Part shown: piece after piece, positions 43,187 through 52,265 of the stretch
Layout of the letters: the number at the start of each line of letters is the position of its first letter
Numbering within the stretch: the stretch's first letter is position 1
DNA from: Paramicrobacterium sp. CJ85
GTDB taxonomy: Bacteria; Actinomycetota; Actinomycetes; Actinomycetales; Microbacteriaceae
Assembly: GCF_051513965.1 (NCBI RefSeq)
Contig: NZ_CP195847.1
Coordinates: 3,052,608-3,116,607, forward strand
Reading direction: 5' to 3'
DNA: 64,000 nucleotides
The notes under the pieces: model-generated
The model's input: only the letters and a program-made list of their open reading frames with translations
What the model was told of the DNA's origin: nothing
The model's database searches: none
Translations under genes and position numbers: made by a program

Positions 43187-44959
43187 ATGACGACGACACA
43201 CACCCTCACCAGGCCGGCGCTCGTCGCCGAAGACCTGCGCATCGCCGTCGTCGGCGGCGACGAGATTCTGCACGGGGTCTCCTTCACCCTGCATCCGGGG
43301 CGCATCCTCGCGCTCGTCGGAGAGTCCGGGTCGGGCAAGACGACAGCGGGACTCGCGTGCCTCGGCCATTTCCGCTCGGGGCTCGAGAACACGGGCGGCA
43401 GTGTGAGACTGGCGAATGGTGAGGATGCCGCGGCCGCGGAGAACCTCCTCGACCTGCCGGAGCCTCAGCGTCGTGTTCTTCGAGGCGGCAGCATCTCGTA
43501 TGTGCCACAGGATCCCGCACTGTCGCTGAACCCGGCGATGCGGATCGGCGAACAGATTCTCGAGGTGCTGCGCGTGCACGGCTACGGAACGAGCGAGGCC
43601 GAACGTCGCGAGCGCACAGCCGAGGTGCTGGCCGAGGTGGGCCTTCAGAACGACGACGCCTATCAGCGGCGCTACCCGCATCAGCTCTCCGGCGGTCAGC
43701 AGCAGCGCGTCGGAATCGCGATGGCCTTCGCGTGCCGACCCGCGGTGATGGTTCTCGACGAGCCGACGACCGGTCTCGACGTCACGACGCAGGCACTCGT
43801 GCTGCAGACGATCGACGAGATGGCCGAGCGTCATCAGGTGGCCGGACTCTACATCACGCATGACCTCGCCGTCGTGGCGTCCGTCGCCGATGAGGTCGCT
43901 GTCATGTTGCAGGGCGACATCGTCGAGGCGGGTCCGACTGACGAGGTACTGTTCAGTCCGAAGCACCGCTACACGCGCAAGCTGCTCGCCGCGGTTCCGG
44001 ATCTCGCAGGCAAGCGCCAGGTCGGCCGGGTCGACGCCATCACGGGCGAGGTCACTGTCGTCACCGGGAGCACGCCGATCCAAACGGAGGAGCGCATCGC
44101 GGCATCCACATCGCCTCGACACGGTGACGGTGTCGCAGGCGCGATGCCCTCCGGCGATTCGAGCGCCGAGGCCGAGACGGGTGAGCAGGATGCCGTGAGC
44201 CCGGCGATCTCAGTCGAGAACCTGCGTCTGGCCTACGGACCCGCGGTGATCCTCGACGGGATCGACCTCGAGCTCGCGCGCGGTGAGTCGCTCATGCTGC
44301 TCGGCGAATCGGGGTCGGGGAAGACGACGCTCTCGCGGTGCATCGCCGGCCTCAACGATCGCTACACCGGCGCCGTGCGTCTGGAGGGCGTCGAGCTCGC
44401 GCACGGAACGCGCGAGCGCACGACGGCGCAGCGTCAGAGCATCCAGTATGTCTTTCAGTCGCCGTTCTCATCGCTGAACCCGCGACGCACCATTGCCGAG
44501 TCCATCGAGGTGCCGCTCAACATGAGCCGACTGCTGCCGAAGAAGCAGCGCCGTCAGGCCGTGCTCGAGGCACTCGACCAGGTGAGGCTCGGCGCCTCGT
44601 ACGCGGACCGACGCCCGGGTGACCTCTCGGGCGGTGAACGTCAGCGGGCCGCAATCGCACGCGCGCTCGTGAACGCTCCGTCGGTGCTGGTGTGCGACGA
44701 GGTCACGAGCGCGCTGGACGTCTCCGTTCAGGCATCCATTCTCGACCTGCTGCGCACGCTGCAGCTCGAGACCGGAATGTCGATGATCTTCGTGACGCAC
44801 AACATCGCGCTCGCCAGACACATCTCGCAGCGGCTTGCCGTGCTGCAGAAGGGGCATATCGTCGACATCGGCCTCACGGACGATGTGCTCGAGAACCCGC
44901 AGCACGCCTACACGCGTGAGCTTCTCGACAACGTGCCGACCTTCGAAGAGCAGCACTGA
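43187..44959 (+). CDS. ABC transporter ATP-binding protein, fused tandem ATPase (DppD-DppF-like)
   Basis: Two complete nucleotide-binding domains, with GESGSGKTT at residues about 46 and about 375, two LSGGQ/LSGGE signatures and two Walker B motifs. Confidence 0.9.
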   Translation: MTTTHTLTRPALVAEDLRIAVVGGDEILHGVSFTLHPGRILALVGESGSGKTTAGLACLGHFRSGLENTGGSVRLANGEDAAAAENLLDLPEPQRRVLRGGSISYVPQDPALSLNPAMRIGEQILEVLRVHGYGTSEAERRERTAEVLAEVGLQNDDAYQRRYPHQLSGGQQQRVGIAMAFACRPAVMVLDEPTTGLDVTTQALVLQTIDEMAERHQVAGLYITHDLAVVASVADEVAVMLQGDIVEAGPTDEVLFSPKHRYTRKLLAAVPDLAGKRQVGRVDAITGEVTVVTGSTPIQTEERIAASTSPRHGDGVAGAMPSGDSSAEAETGEQDAVSPAISVENLRLAYGPAVILDGIDLELARGESLMLLGESGSGKTTLSRCIAGLNDRYTGAVRLEGVELAHGTRERTTAQRQSIQYVFQSPFSSLNPRRTIAESIEVPLNMSRLLPKKQRRQAVLEALDQVRLGASYADRRPGDLSGGERQRAAIARALVNAPSVLVCDEVTSALDVSVQASILDLLRTLQLETGMSMIFVTHNIALARHISQRLAVLQKGHIVDIGLTDDVLENPQHAYTRELLDNVPTFEEQH

Positions 44960-45006
44960 TCACCCCGGAACGGGGTCGGGTAACGGTCCCGAGCGGTTGC
45001 TAGTGT

Positions 45007-45435
45007 GTGCGCATGACCATGGACATGCGCGTCGCGGCGTACGGCGTGATCATTGACGACGGCCGGATGCTTCTGTCGCATTGGAACGCCGGCGGTCGTT
45101 CTGCCTGGACGCTGCCGGGCGGAGGTCTGGAACCCGGTGAGCATCCGGCGGATGCCGCTGTGCGCGAGATCCGCGAAGAGACCGGCTACGACGCGGAGCT
45201 CGATGGGATCCTCGGTGTCGACTCGATCATCATCCCCGCGGTCGCCCGATTCGCTGCAGGGGCAACCAATCCGATGCAGGGACTCCGCATCGTATATCGC
45301 GCACATGTGACGGGCGGCACGCTCACCTATGAGCTCGACGGCTCGACGGACTACGCGGCGTGGCATCCGCTCGAGGAGATTTCTCGCTTGAACTGCGTCG
45401 AGCTCGTCAGCACAGCACTCGACATGCTGCACTGA
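45007..45435 (+). CDS. NUDIX hydrolase
   Basis: Nudix box GGGLEPGEHPADAAVREIREETG. Followed by a hairpin at 45460-45483. Confidence 0.85.
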   Translation: MRMTMDMRVAAYGVIIDDGRMLLSHWNAGGRSAWTLPGGGLEPGEHPADAAVREIREETGYDAELDGILGVDSIIIPAVARFAAGATNPMQGLRIVYRAHVTGGTLTYELDGSTDYAAWHPLEEISRLNCVELVSTALDMLH

Positions 45436-45510
45436 CGAGCTCCCAGATCATGGAGAGTCCCGGATCGGGCAGGCCCGACCCGGTGCGACTCAGTTCAGAC
45501 GCGCGTCAGA

Positions 45511-46020
45511 TCACGCCTCTTCGTCGTCGGCGACCCACAGCTCGTCATCCGCACGGAAGGTCTGCCACACGGCGTATGCCACGCCTGCGGCCGCGACGAT
45601 TCCTGCGGTGACGGCGATTGCGCGACCCGCCCCCGACTTCTTCTTGACGGGCTCCGGGGTGACGGCGCGGCTGAACGCGGCCCGCACACGACCGTCGCGC
45701 GCGGCGTCTCCGAGAGCGATGACCGTGCCGAGTGCGCTGCCGACAGCGGGAAGGACCTTCTTGTCGAAGTTCTGCTTCGCCGTGTGACGTGCGTCGTACG
45801 TCGCGGCATCCACTCGGCTGACCACCGGCTGGACGTTCTTCTCATAGGCGCGCGCGACCCGAGGTGCGATCTCCTCACGGCCGTAGGCCGAAAGCTGGCG
45901 GCTCGCCTCACGAGCGACGGAGTTCGCCTGGTCGAGCAGATCCTGCTGGGCAGCCCACAGGGCGGTTGCGTCACCCTTGAGGCGCTTCAGCTGCTTCTTG
46001 CGCTTGCGTGTGATGCTCAC
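45511..46020 (-). CDS. hypothetical protein with C-terminal TM anchor (169 aa)
   Basis: Start trimmed to GTG 46018-46020, preceded by a GGAGG RBS. Lys-rich N-terminus, Ala-rich helical middle and a C-terminal hydrophobic helix. Confidence 0.5.
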   Translation of the reverse strand: MSITRKRKKQLKRLKGDATALWAAQQDLLDQANSVAREASRQLSAYGREEIAPRVARAYEKNVQPVVSRVDAATYDARHTAKQNFDKKVLPAVGSALGTVIALGDAARDGRVRAAFSRAVTPEPVKKKSGAGRAIAVTAGIVAAAGVAYAVWQTFRADDELWVADDEEA

Positions 46021-46124
46021 TGGGGGACCTCCATTGATCTCGTGACAAACGGCTTTCACCATCTTGTCACGAGACACTGGGAGGCTCACAAGAGCCACGG
46101 CGGTCATTATGCAAGAATTGTCAT

Positions 46125-46667
46125 ATGTCTATCCACACCGCTGTCGCCACCATTCACACCAACTACGGTGACATCAAGGTCAACCTGTTCGGTGACCATG
46201 CCCCCAAGACCGTCGAGAACTTCATCGGACTCGCGACGGGTTCCAAGGAATGGACGGACGAGCGCACCGGTGAGAAGAAGACCGGAACCCCCCTCTACAA
46301 CGGCGTCATCTTCCACCGCATCATTCCTGGCTTCATGATTCAGGGCGGAGACCCTCTCGGTAACGGAACCGGTGGCCCCGGCTACAAGTTTGATGACGAG
46401 ATCCACCCCGAGCTCGACTTCACGCAGCCCTACAAGCTCGCCATGGCCAACGCGGGAACGATGATGGGCAAGGGCACCAACGGCTCGCAGTTCTTCATCA
46501 CCGTCGGTGCGACGACCTGGCTTCAGGGCAAGCACACCATCTTCGGTGAGGCTGCAGACGACGCGAGCCGCAAGGTCGTCGACAAGCTCGCGACCGTGCC
46601 GACGGATGCTCGTGACCGCCCGCTCGACGATGTCGTGATCGAGAGCATCGACGTCGAGAACGTCTGA
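46125..46667 (+). CDS. ppiA: Peptidyl-prolyl cis-trans isomerase, cyclophilin type
   Basis: Cyclophilin signature (FHRIIPGFMIQGGD...GSQFFIT). Confidence 0.95.
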   Translation: MSIHTAVATIHTNYGDIKVNLFGDHAPKTVENFIGLATGSKEWTDERTGEKKTGTPLYNGVIFHRIIPGFMIQGGDPLGNGTGGPGYKFDDEIHPELDFTQPYKLAMANAGTMMGKGTNGSQFFITVGATTWLQGKHTIFGEAADDASRKVVDKLATVPTDARDRPLDDVVIESIDVENV

Positions 46668-46677
46668 TCCTCACTCC

Positions 46678-47544
46678 GTGAGCTCCTTCCCGACTGGACG
46701 GCAGAACTTCTGCTACCGGCATCCCGACCGGCAGAGCTTCGTGCTCTGTCAGCGATGCGGGCGCACCATCTGCGCTGAATGCCAGACGCAGGCGCCCGTC
46801 GGGGTCATCTGCCCGGAGTGCATGCGTGAGCAGCGAGCGTCAGCGCCGCGTACGAAATCGGCCGCGAGGAGCCGGATCTCCGCCGTGATGAGGCGAGACT
46901 CCGGCCAGCCGGCCGTCACGTACGTGATCATCGCGCTGACGCTCGCTGTCTTCGTGCTGCAGCTCATTCCGGGCCTCGGCATCACAGATCACCTGCTGTA
47001 CGCCGGCGTCTACAGCATCCCCGAGCTTGGGCACTTCGAGCCGTGGCGAATGCTGACCGTGGCCCTCGTGCACTCACAGGGATTCATTCTGCACGTCGGC
47101 CTCAACATGTACACGCTGTGGATCTTCGGCAGGATGCTCGAGCCGATGATCGGCCGATGGCGCTTCGCCATGCTCTACATCGTGACCGCATTCGGCTCCT
47201 CCGTCGGTGTGCTGCTGCTGGACAACCCGCTGCAGGCTGTGGTCGGCGCCTCTGGTGCGATCTTCGGGCTCATGGGCGCGACCCTCGTGATCGTGCATCG
47301 GCTCGGCGGCAACATGAACGGGTTGCTGATCCTGGTGGGCATCAACCTCGTGATCGGGTTCATCCCCGGCCTGAACATCGCATGGCAGGCGCACCTCGGT
47401 GGACTGGTCACCGGGGCGCTTCTCGGCCTGGTGCTCGTCGCCACTCGTCGGCGCAAGCAGCAGACCCTGCAGAAGCTCGGGATCGCAGGTGTCATCGTGA
47501 TCCTTCTCGTGCTGGCCGTGATCGGGACTCGCCTTTACGTGTGA
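46678..47544 (+). CDS. Rhomboid-family intramembrane serine protease with N-terminal zinc ribbon
   Basis: N-terminal CxxC...CxxC, then a rhomboid core with GASGAIFGLMG (catalytic Ser) and the His in AWQAHLGGLV. GTG start. Confidence 0.85.
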   Translation: MSSFPTGRQNFCYRHPDRQSFVLCQRCGRTICAECQTQAPVGVICPECMREQRASAPRTKSAARSRISAVMRRDSGQPAVTYVIIALTLAVFVLQLIPGLGITDHLLYAGVYSIPELGHFEPWRMLTVALVHSQGFILHVGLNMYTLWIFGRMLEPMIGRWRFAMLYIVTAFGSSVGVLLLDNPLQAVVGASGAIFGLMGATLVIVHRLGGNMNGLLILVGINLVIGFIPGLNIAWQAHLGGLVTGALLGLVLVATRRRKQQTLQKLGIAGVIVILLVLAVIGTRLYV

Positions 47545-48292
47545 TGCGCCAAAGTGCGGCCCACTGCTCGGGACTCAGCGACTTCGGCAGGTCACGTCGG
47601 CGAATGGATGCCGCATCGCACGCGCGCTTCGCCGTCGCGGCATCCGTCCGTGCCGCCCTCTGCACAATCGCCGGCATCGTTCCACCGCTCCCCGTGAAGA
47701 CCGCGCGCACGAAATCGCCGTACGGCTGACGTTCAGTCGCCGGTACGAGTGCGTCGGCTCGGCGCGTGATGCGCAGCAGTCCGCCGTCGACGCTCGGCCG
47801 TGGTGAGAACCCCCATGAGGGAACTCTTCCTTCGAGACTGAACTCGAACCAGGGTGCCGCCTGCGCGGTCATCATCGTGCCGCCGCCCACGCCCGCGCGT
47901 TTGCGCGCGACCTCCCACTGCGTCAAGACGATGGCGTGCTGCCAGCCGTGGCGGCTGAGGATGCGTCGCAGGATGGGCGTCGTGAGGTGGAACGGCAGGT
48001 TGCCGACGAGGACGGGTGATTCAAGAGGATGCCGCATGGCGTCCGCGTGCAGCACACGGACGTGCGGCAGGGATCGCTGCAGGTGTTTCACCCGGTGCTC
48101 GTCGATGTCGATCGCCGTCACGGCTCGCTGGAGGGTGGCGAGCCTGCGCGTGAGCGCGCCGTCACCGGCGCCGATCTCCAGGATCGGGCCGCGAGTTCGC
48201 GCGACGAGGTCAATGATGCGGGTGAGAGTGGGTTTGTGAGTGAGAAAGTTCTGGCCGAGTTCGTGTCGGCCGCCGAATGCGGATCGGGCCAT
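47492..48292 (-). CDS. rRNA adenine N6-methyltransferase family protein, Erm(37)/Erm(41)-like
   Basis: GRHELGQNFL N-terminal motif, SAM motif LEIGAGDGALT, VGNLPFHLTTPIL, WEVARKRAGVGGGTMMTAQAAPWFEF. Closely resembles mycobacterial Erm sequences by recall. Converges on and overlaps the rhomboid gene by 53 nt. Confidence 0.7.
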   Translation of the reverse strand: MARSAFGGRHELGQNFLTHKPTLTRIIDLVARTRGPILEIGAGDGALTRRLATLQRAVTAIDIDEHRVKHLQRSLPHVRVLHADAMRHPLESPVLVGNLPFHLTTPILRRILSRHGWQHAIVLTQWEVARKRAGVGGGTMMTAQAAPWFEFSLEGRVPSWGFSPRPSVDGGLLRITRRADALVPATERQPYGDFVRAVFTGSGGTMPAIVQRAARTDAATAKRACDAASIRRRDLPKSLSPEQWAALWRITRKGESRSRPAREGSR

Positions 48293-48551
48293 GATTGTGC
48301 TCCGTCATTGAGAGGGGAGCACCGCTGAGGTCGTGTCTGAGGGTATGCGATGTCAATCACGTCGACAGTGCGACGAAGAGACGGCAGGCTGACGCCTCAG
48401 GGTGCTGTGGACATCCCTGAGTGACGGCGCGCAGTTACGCGCTGATGCGGACGCGCCGTCAGGAGCGGCGGTCGCGATAGACGAAAGTGCGCTCCATCAT
48501 GAGCGCACGGCACAATGTACCCACGGTCGAAGATGCTAACACGCGGGCTCG

Positions 48552-48729
48552 TTCTCCACATCCTCTCCACAGTGCGTCCACACGTGGGAACTCGTTTCAC
48601 ACACATTCCCCACAAGCCGTCCCCAGAGTTATCCACAGGCTTGTCCACACTGTGGAGAATTACATGTGTGTAACTCCCCGCAACCGTTCCAGGGAGTTAC
48701 TCACAGGAGTTATTAACAGGTGTGGATAA
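48552..48729. promoter_or_regulatory. Dense DnaA-box cluster (about 8 boxes, 3 perfect) distal to oriC
   Basis: TTCTCCACA 48552-60; CTCTCCACA 48563-71; GCGTCCACA 48574-82; TTCCCCACA 48605-13; TTATCCACA 48629-37 perfect; TTGTCCACA 48641-49 perfect, head-to-head with TGTGGAGAA 48651-59; TGTGGATAA 48721-29 perfect. Confidence 0.6.
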
Positions 48730-48852
48730 CTACACGGATGTAATTCGCGCTGCACTCGCCTGTGTTTACGCCGATCTCGGGCTCTTCGCACTGCCCGTTT
48801 CCTCAGACCGGCGGCGTACGCTGGAGGAACGACGACGAGAGGATGCACATCA

Positions 48853-49680
48853 ATGCCCACCCGTGAACGCATACGTCACGATCTTGCTGTCCGTCGCACG
48901 ACTGTGGAAAGAGTCTCATGGCTCACCGACACCATGGTTCGCGTCACCGTCCTCGGTGAGAGCCTTCGCGGATTCTCTGCGCCCGGACCCAACGATCACG
49001 TCAAGCTCTTCTTCCCTGACCCTGAGTCCGGCGTCCTGACCACCCCAGAGATCACCGCGGAGGGGCTCAAGCGTCCCACCGACGGTCTGATCCTTTCGCG
49101 CGACTTCACTCCGCTGAACTTCCGTGAGAACGGCTCGAACGGACTCCCTGAGCTCGACATCGACTTCGTGATCCACGGAGACGACGCTCCCGCAACCTCC
49201 TTCGCATCGCACGCTCACGCGGGCCAGGAGCTCGGCATCGCGGGTCCGCGCGGTTCGAAGCTCGTGCCGGAGGGTATCTCACGAGCCGTGCTCATCGCAG
49301 ATGAGACCGCACTGCCGGCATATACGCGTTGGCTTCGCCTGCTGCCGCCCGAGGTGAAGGTCACCCCCATCGTGCAGATTCAGGACGACGAGACCGAGGA
49401 CTACCTCACCGACGAGCACCGCTCTCGCGGCACACTCGAGGTGCTGTATCGCGAAGACGGTCCCGGTCAGCTGATCGAGGCGGTGCGCTCCCTCGGCAGC
49501 ATCGAGGACGACACGTACGTCTGGGCCGCAGGCGAAGCGAATGAGCTCGTCGAGGTGCGCCGTCACTTCCGACGAGACCTTGGCCTCTCGAAGGATCAGG
49601 TCGAGGTCGAGGGCTACTGGAAGCGCGGCATCGTCAACCTCGATCATCACGCACCGCTGGACCCCAGCGACCCAGACTGA
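48853..49680 (+). CDS. Siderophore-interacting protein (FAD-binding ferric-siderophore reductase, ViuB-like)
   Basis: FAD-binding beta-barrel plus NAD-binding domain typical of the SIP family (WLTDTMVRVTVLGESL...HVKLFFPDP...YVWAAGEANELVEVRRHFR). Confidence 0.8.
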   Translation: MPTRERIRHDLAVRRTTVERVSWLTDTMVRVTVLGESLRGFSAPGPNDHVKLFFPDPESGVLTTPEITAEGLKRPTDGLILSRDFTPLNFRENGSNGLPELDIDFVIHGDDAPATSFASHAHAGQELGIAGPRGSKLVPEGISRAVLIADETALPAYTRWLRLLPPEVKVTPIVQIQDDETEDYLTDEHRSRGTLEVLYREDGPGQLIEAVRSLGSIEDDTYVWAAGEANELVEVRRHFRRDLGLSKDQVEVEGYWKRGIVNLDHHAPLDPSDPD

Positions 49681-50210
49681 TGTCGCACGACATCATGCTC
49701 GTCGACGCAGCGGACCTCGAACGGTCTGTGCGCGATCGCTACCGGCTGCTCAGCGCACGAGCCGCGAAGGGCGTCGCCATCGTGTCTGCTCGTATCGGTC
49801 GTTACGACCACGCGACGACGGTCACTGACTATCTCTCGGTGTCGTACGACCCGCCGACGATGCTCGTCAGCCTCTACGGGCTGTCACGAACGACCGAGGC
49901 GGTCGAGGAGGCTGGTCGGTGGGCGCTGAGCCTGCTGGCCAGCGATCAGCGCGTCATCGCCGAGCAGCTCGGTGAACTCGGCGCTCCGCTGAGAGGCCTC
50001 CTCGACCGCATCCCGCACTGGCGGCGTGAGCCGGGTGGTCCCGCGATCATCGAGGGCGGCGTCGCCTGGTTCGAGTGCCGCACAGTTGACGTGCACACGG
50101 CGGCGACCCACCAGCTCGTCATCGGTGAGGTCGTCGCAATGGGCAGATCAGAGAGCCACACGGCGCGTCCGCTAGTCTATGACCGGTCCGAGTTCACGAC
50201 CACGGTCTAG
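49680..50210 (+). CDS. Flavin reductase-like (FMN-binding split-barrel) protein
   Basis: Flavin_Reduct family pattern. Start ATG overlaps the upstream stop (TGATG). Confidence 0.75.
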   Translation: MSHDIMLVDAADLERSVRDRYRLLSARAAKGVAIVSARIGRYDHATTVTDYLSVSYDPPTMLVSLYGLSRTTEAVEEAGRWALSLLASDQRVIAEQLGELGAPLRGLLDRIPHWRREPGGPAIIEGGVAWFECRTVDVHTAATHQLVIGEVVAMGRSESHTARPLVYDRSEFTTTV

Positions 50211-50225
50211 AACGTCGTCAATCAA

Positions 50226-50255
50226 AAGACGCCTCCGCAGCGCGGAGGCGTCTTC
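50226..50255. terminator. Bidirectional intrinsic terminator between the flavin reductase (+) and crgA (-)
   Basis: AAGACGCCTCCGC-AGCG-GCGGAGGCGTCTT perfect 13-bp stem. Confidence 0.7.
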
Positions 50256-50270
50256 GATGTCTGTGGGCGG

Positions 50271-50534
50271 CTATCGCCAGCGCGTCGTCATCAGGAAGCC
50301 GATGAACGCGATACCGAAGCCGACGAGGATGTTCCACGAGCCGAGCGCGGCCACCGGGAGAAGCCCCTGAGAGAGGTAGAAGACGATGATCCACGCCAGT
50401 CCGATCAGCATGAAGCCGAACATGACGGGCTTGAACCACACCGGGTTCGGTGCGTCTTCACCGCTGCGTTGGGCCTGCTGCTGCTGGGCGCGCGCAGCAT
50501 TCGCCTTGTTCTTCGTGCGTGCCATGCCAGCCAT
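50271..50534 (-). CDS. crgA: Cell division protein CrgA
   Basis: Small two-TM protein with a basic N-terminus and C-terminal TTRWR, resembling mycobacterial CrgA (MRWH end). Start may be the internal MARTKNK at 50525. Confidence 0.85.
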   Translation of the reverse strand: MAGMARTKNKANAARAQQQQAQRSGEDAPNPVWFKPVMFGFMLIGLAWIIVFYLSQGLLPVAALGSWNILVGFGIAFIGFLMTTRWR

Positions 50535-50539
50535 TCTAT

Positions 50540-51370
50540 ATGGAGAACCTCAGTAGAATCAGCCTCATGGCGATTGGCGGGGTGGATGCCGCACCACGAA
50601 GCCGTGCGGAACGACGACGTACGGCTTCTCGGAGACCCGCAAAACGAGCGCCGCGCGTCACCGTTGTGGGTGTCTTCGGCGAGCTTCTCATCACCGCGGG
50701 CGTTCTGATTCTGCTCTTCCTGTTTTGGCAGCTGTGGCTGAACGACATCATCGTCCGTGCCGAGCAGAACGAGATCGCGCACGACCGCGCTCAGAGTTGG
50801 ATCTCCGAGGCCCCGGCCGCTCCAGAGCCGGTGGAGGGCGAGGACGGCTCGACGTTCTACCCGCCCGTCATCGGTGAGCCCGCGGCCGACACGGAGATCT
50901 TCGGCGTGATGTTCATTCCTCGCTTCGGTGCAGATTATGCGGCGGATGTGGCGGGCGGCGTCACGCGCTCGGGCACCCTGGACCCCATCGGGCTCGGTCA
51001 CTACCTCAACACGCAGCAGCCGGGTGAGCCGGGCAACTTCGCTCTCGCCGGGCACCGCACTACGTACGGCAAGCCGCTCAATCAGATCGCGGAGCTCCGG
51101 GTCGGCGACGCGATCGTGCTGCAGACGAAGGACGGCTGGTACACGTACCGCTTCCGCACCCTCGAGTACGTCACTCCACAGCAGGTCGACGTGCTGAACC
51201 CGGTGCCGCAGCAGGACTCTGCGGAGGTCACAGACAGCTTCATCACGCTGACCGCGTGCAGCCCGATGTTCTCGGCCGCGGAGCGCATCGTGGCGTACGG
51301 CACATTCGAATCGTTCACCCCGACGGCGGTCGGCCCACCGGCATCCGTCACCGAAGACGTGGAGGGCTGA
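50540..51370 (+). CDS. Class E sortase (transpeptidase)
   Basis: N-terminal TM anchor, catalytic His in LAGHRTTYG, TLTACSP (TLxTC) catalytic Cys and conserved Arg. Start uncertain: 50540 or 50567. Confidence 0.8.
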   Translation: MENLSRISLMAIGGVDAAPRSRAERRRTASRRPAKRAPRVTVVGVFGELLITAGVLILLFLFWQLWLNDIIVRAEQNEIAHDRAQSWISEAPAAPEPVEGEDGSTFYPPVIGEPAADTEIFGVMFIPRFGADYAADVAGGVTRSGTLDPIGLGHYLNTQQPGEPGNFALAGHRTTYGKPLNQIAELRVGDAIVLQTKDGWYTYRFRTLEYVTPQQVDVLNPVPQQDSAEVTDSFITLTACSPMFSAAERIVAYGTFESFTPTAVGPPASVTEDVEG

Positions 51371-51372
51371 CA

Positions 51373-51531
51373 GTGTACGGAGCACTTTGGCGCGCACTGC
51401 CCGGGCCGGTCTGGGTTCGCCTGCTCATCGTGGTCGCGCTGCTTGCGGTGGCGCTGTGGGCGCTGTTCACCTACGTCTTCCCTTGGGTGCAGACCCTCAT
51501 TCCGGTGCCCGACGCCACCATCGACGAATAG
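51373..51531 (+). CDS. Small hydrophobic membrane protein (52 aa)
   Basis: GTG start 3 nt after the sortase stop. Single TM helix (VWVRLLIVVALLAVALWALFTYVF). Confidence 0.4.
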   Translation: MYGALWRALPGPVWVRLLIVVALLAVALWALFTYVFPWVQTLIPVPDATIDE

Positions 51532-51540
51532 AATCAGGGC

Positions 51541-52206
51541 ATGACCCGCGTTCTCGTCATCGACAACTACGACAGCTTCGTCTACACGCTCGCCGGCTAT
51601 CTTCAGCAGATCGGCGCCGAGGTCGATGTTGTGCGCAACGATGCCATCGAGGTGAAGGATGCCGCGGCACGCGCCGCCGAGTACGATGGCGTGCTGCTCT
51701 CGCCGGGCCCCGGTAAGCCCAGCGACGCCGGGGTCTCGATTCCCCTCGTGCAAGCCGCTATCGACTCCGGGCAGCCGCTCCTCGGCGTCTGTCTCGGCCA
51801 CCAGGCGATCGCGGAGGCGCTGGGCGGTGTGGTGACGACCGCTGAGGAACTCATGCACGGCAAGACGTCTCTCGTCTCACACGACGACAGCGATTTCTAC
51901 CGCGGGGTTCCGCAGCCCTTCACTGCAACGCGCTACCACTCACTTGCGGTCGTGAACGGCACCGTACCCGATGAACTCGAGGTCACGAGCCGCACTGAGG
52001 GTGGCGTCATCATGGGGCTGCGACACCGCACGGCGGCCGTCTTCGGCGTCCAGTTCCACCCGGAGAGCGTGCTCACCGAGGGTGGCTACCAGATGCTCGG
52101 CAACTGGTTGGAGCTCGTCGGACTGTCGGGCGCCGCCGAGACGGCATCCCACCTTCACCCGCTTGTCACAACGGATGCCGCGGAGAAGCCGGTCGCATTC
52201 GCCTGA
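51541..52206 (+). CDS. pabA: Glutamine amidotransferase of anthranilate/aminodeoxychorismate synthase (TrpG/PabA)
   Basis: Class I GATase triad (LGVCLGHQAI...HPES). Conserved position upstream of pknB, like mycobacterial trpG/Rv0013 (recalled). Confidence 0.85.
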   Translation: MTRVLVIDNYDSFVYTLAGYLQQIGAEVDVVRNDAIEVKDAAARAAEYDGVLLSPGPGKPSDAGVSIPLVQAAIDSGQPLLGVCLGHQAIAEALGGVVTTAEELMHGKTSLVSHDDSDFYRGVPQPFTATRYHSLAVVNGTVPDELEVTSRTEGGVIMGLRHRTAAVFGVQFHPESVLTEGGYQMLGNWLELVGLSGAAETASHLHPLVTTDAAEKPVAFA

Positions 52207-52265
52207 CGCTCTCACACCGTCCGAACTCACACGGCCCGGCCTGTGGCGGCTGGGGTGCAGCTCGG

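Noticed and set aside
47492-47544. 53-nt convergent overlap of rhomboid and erm-like genes as a possible annotation error
   Set aside because: Both ORFs have clean stops and conserved C-termini are not required for either family. Convergent 3-prime overlaps of this size are common in high-GC genomes.
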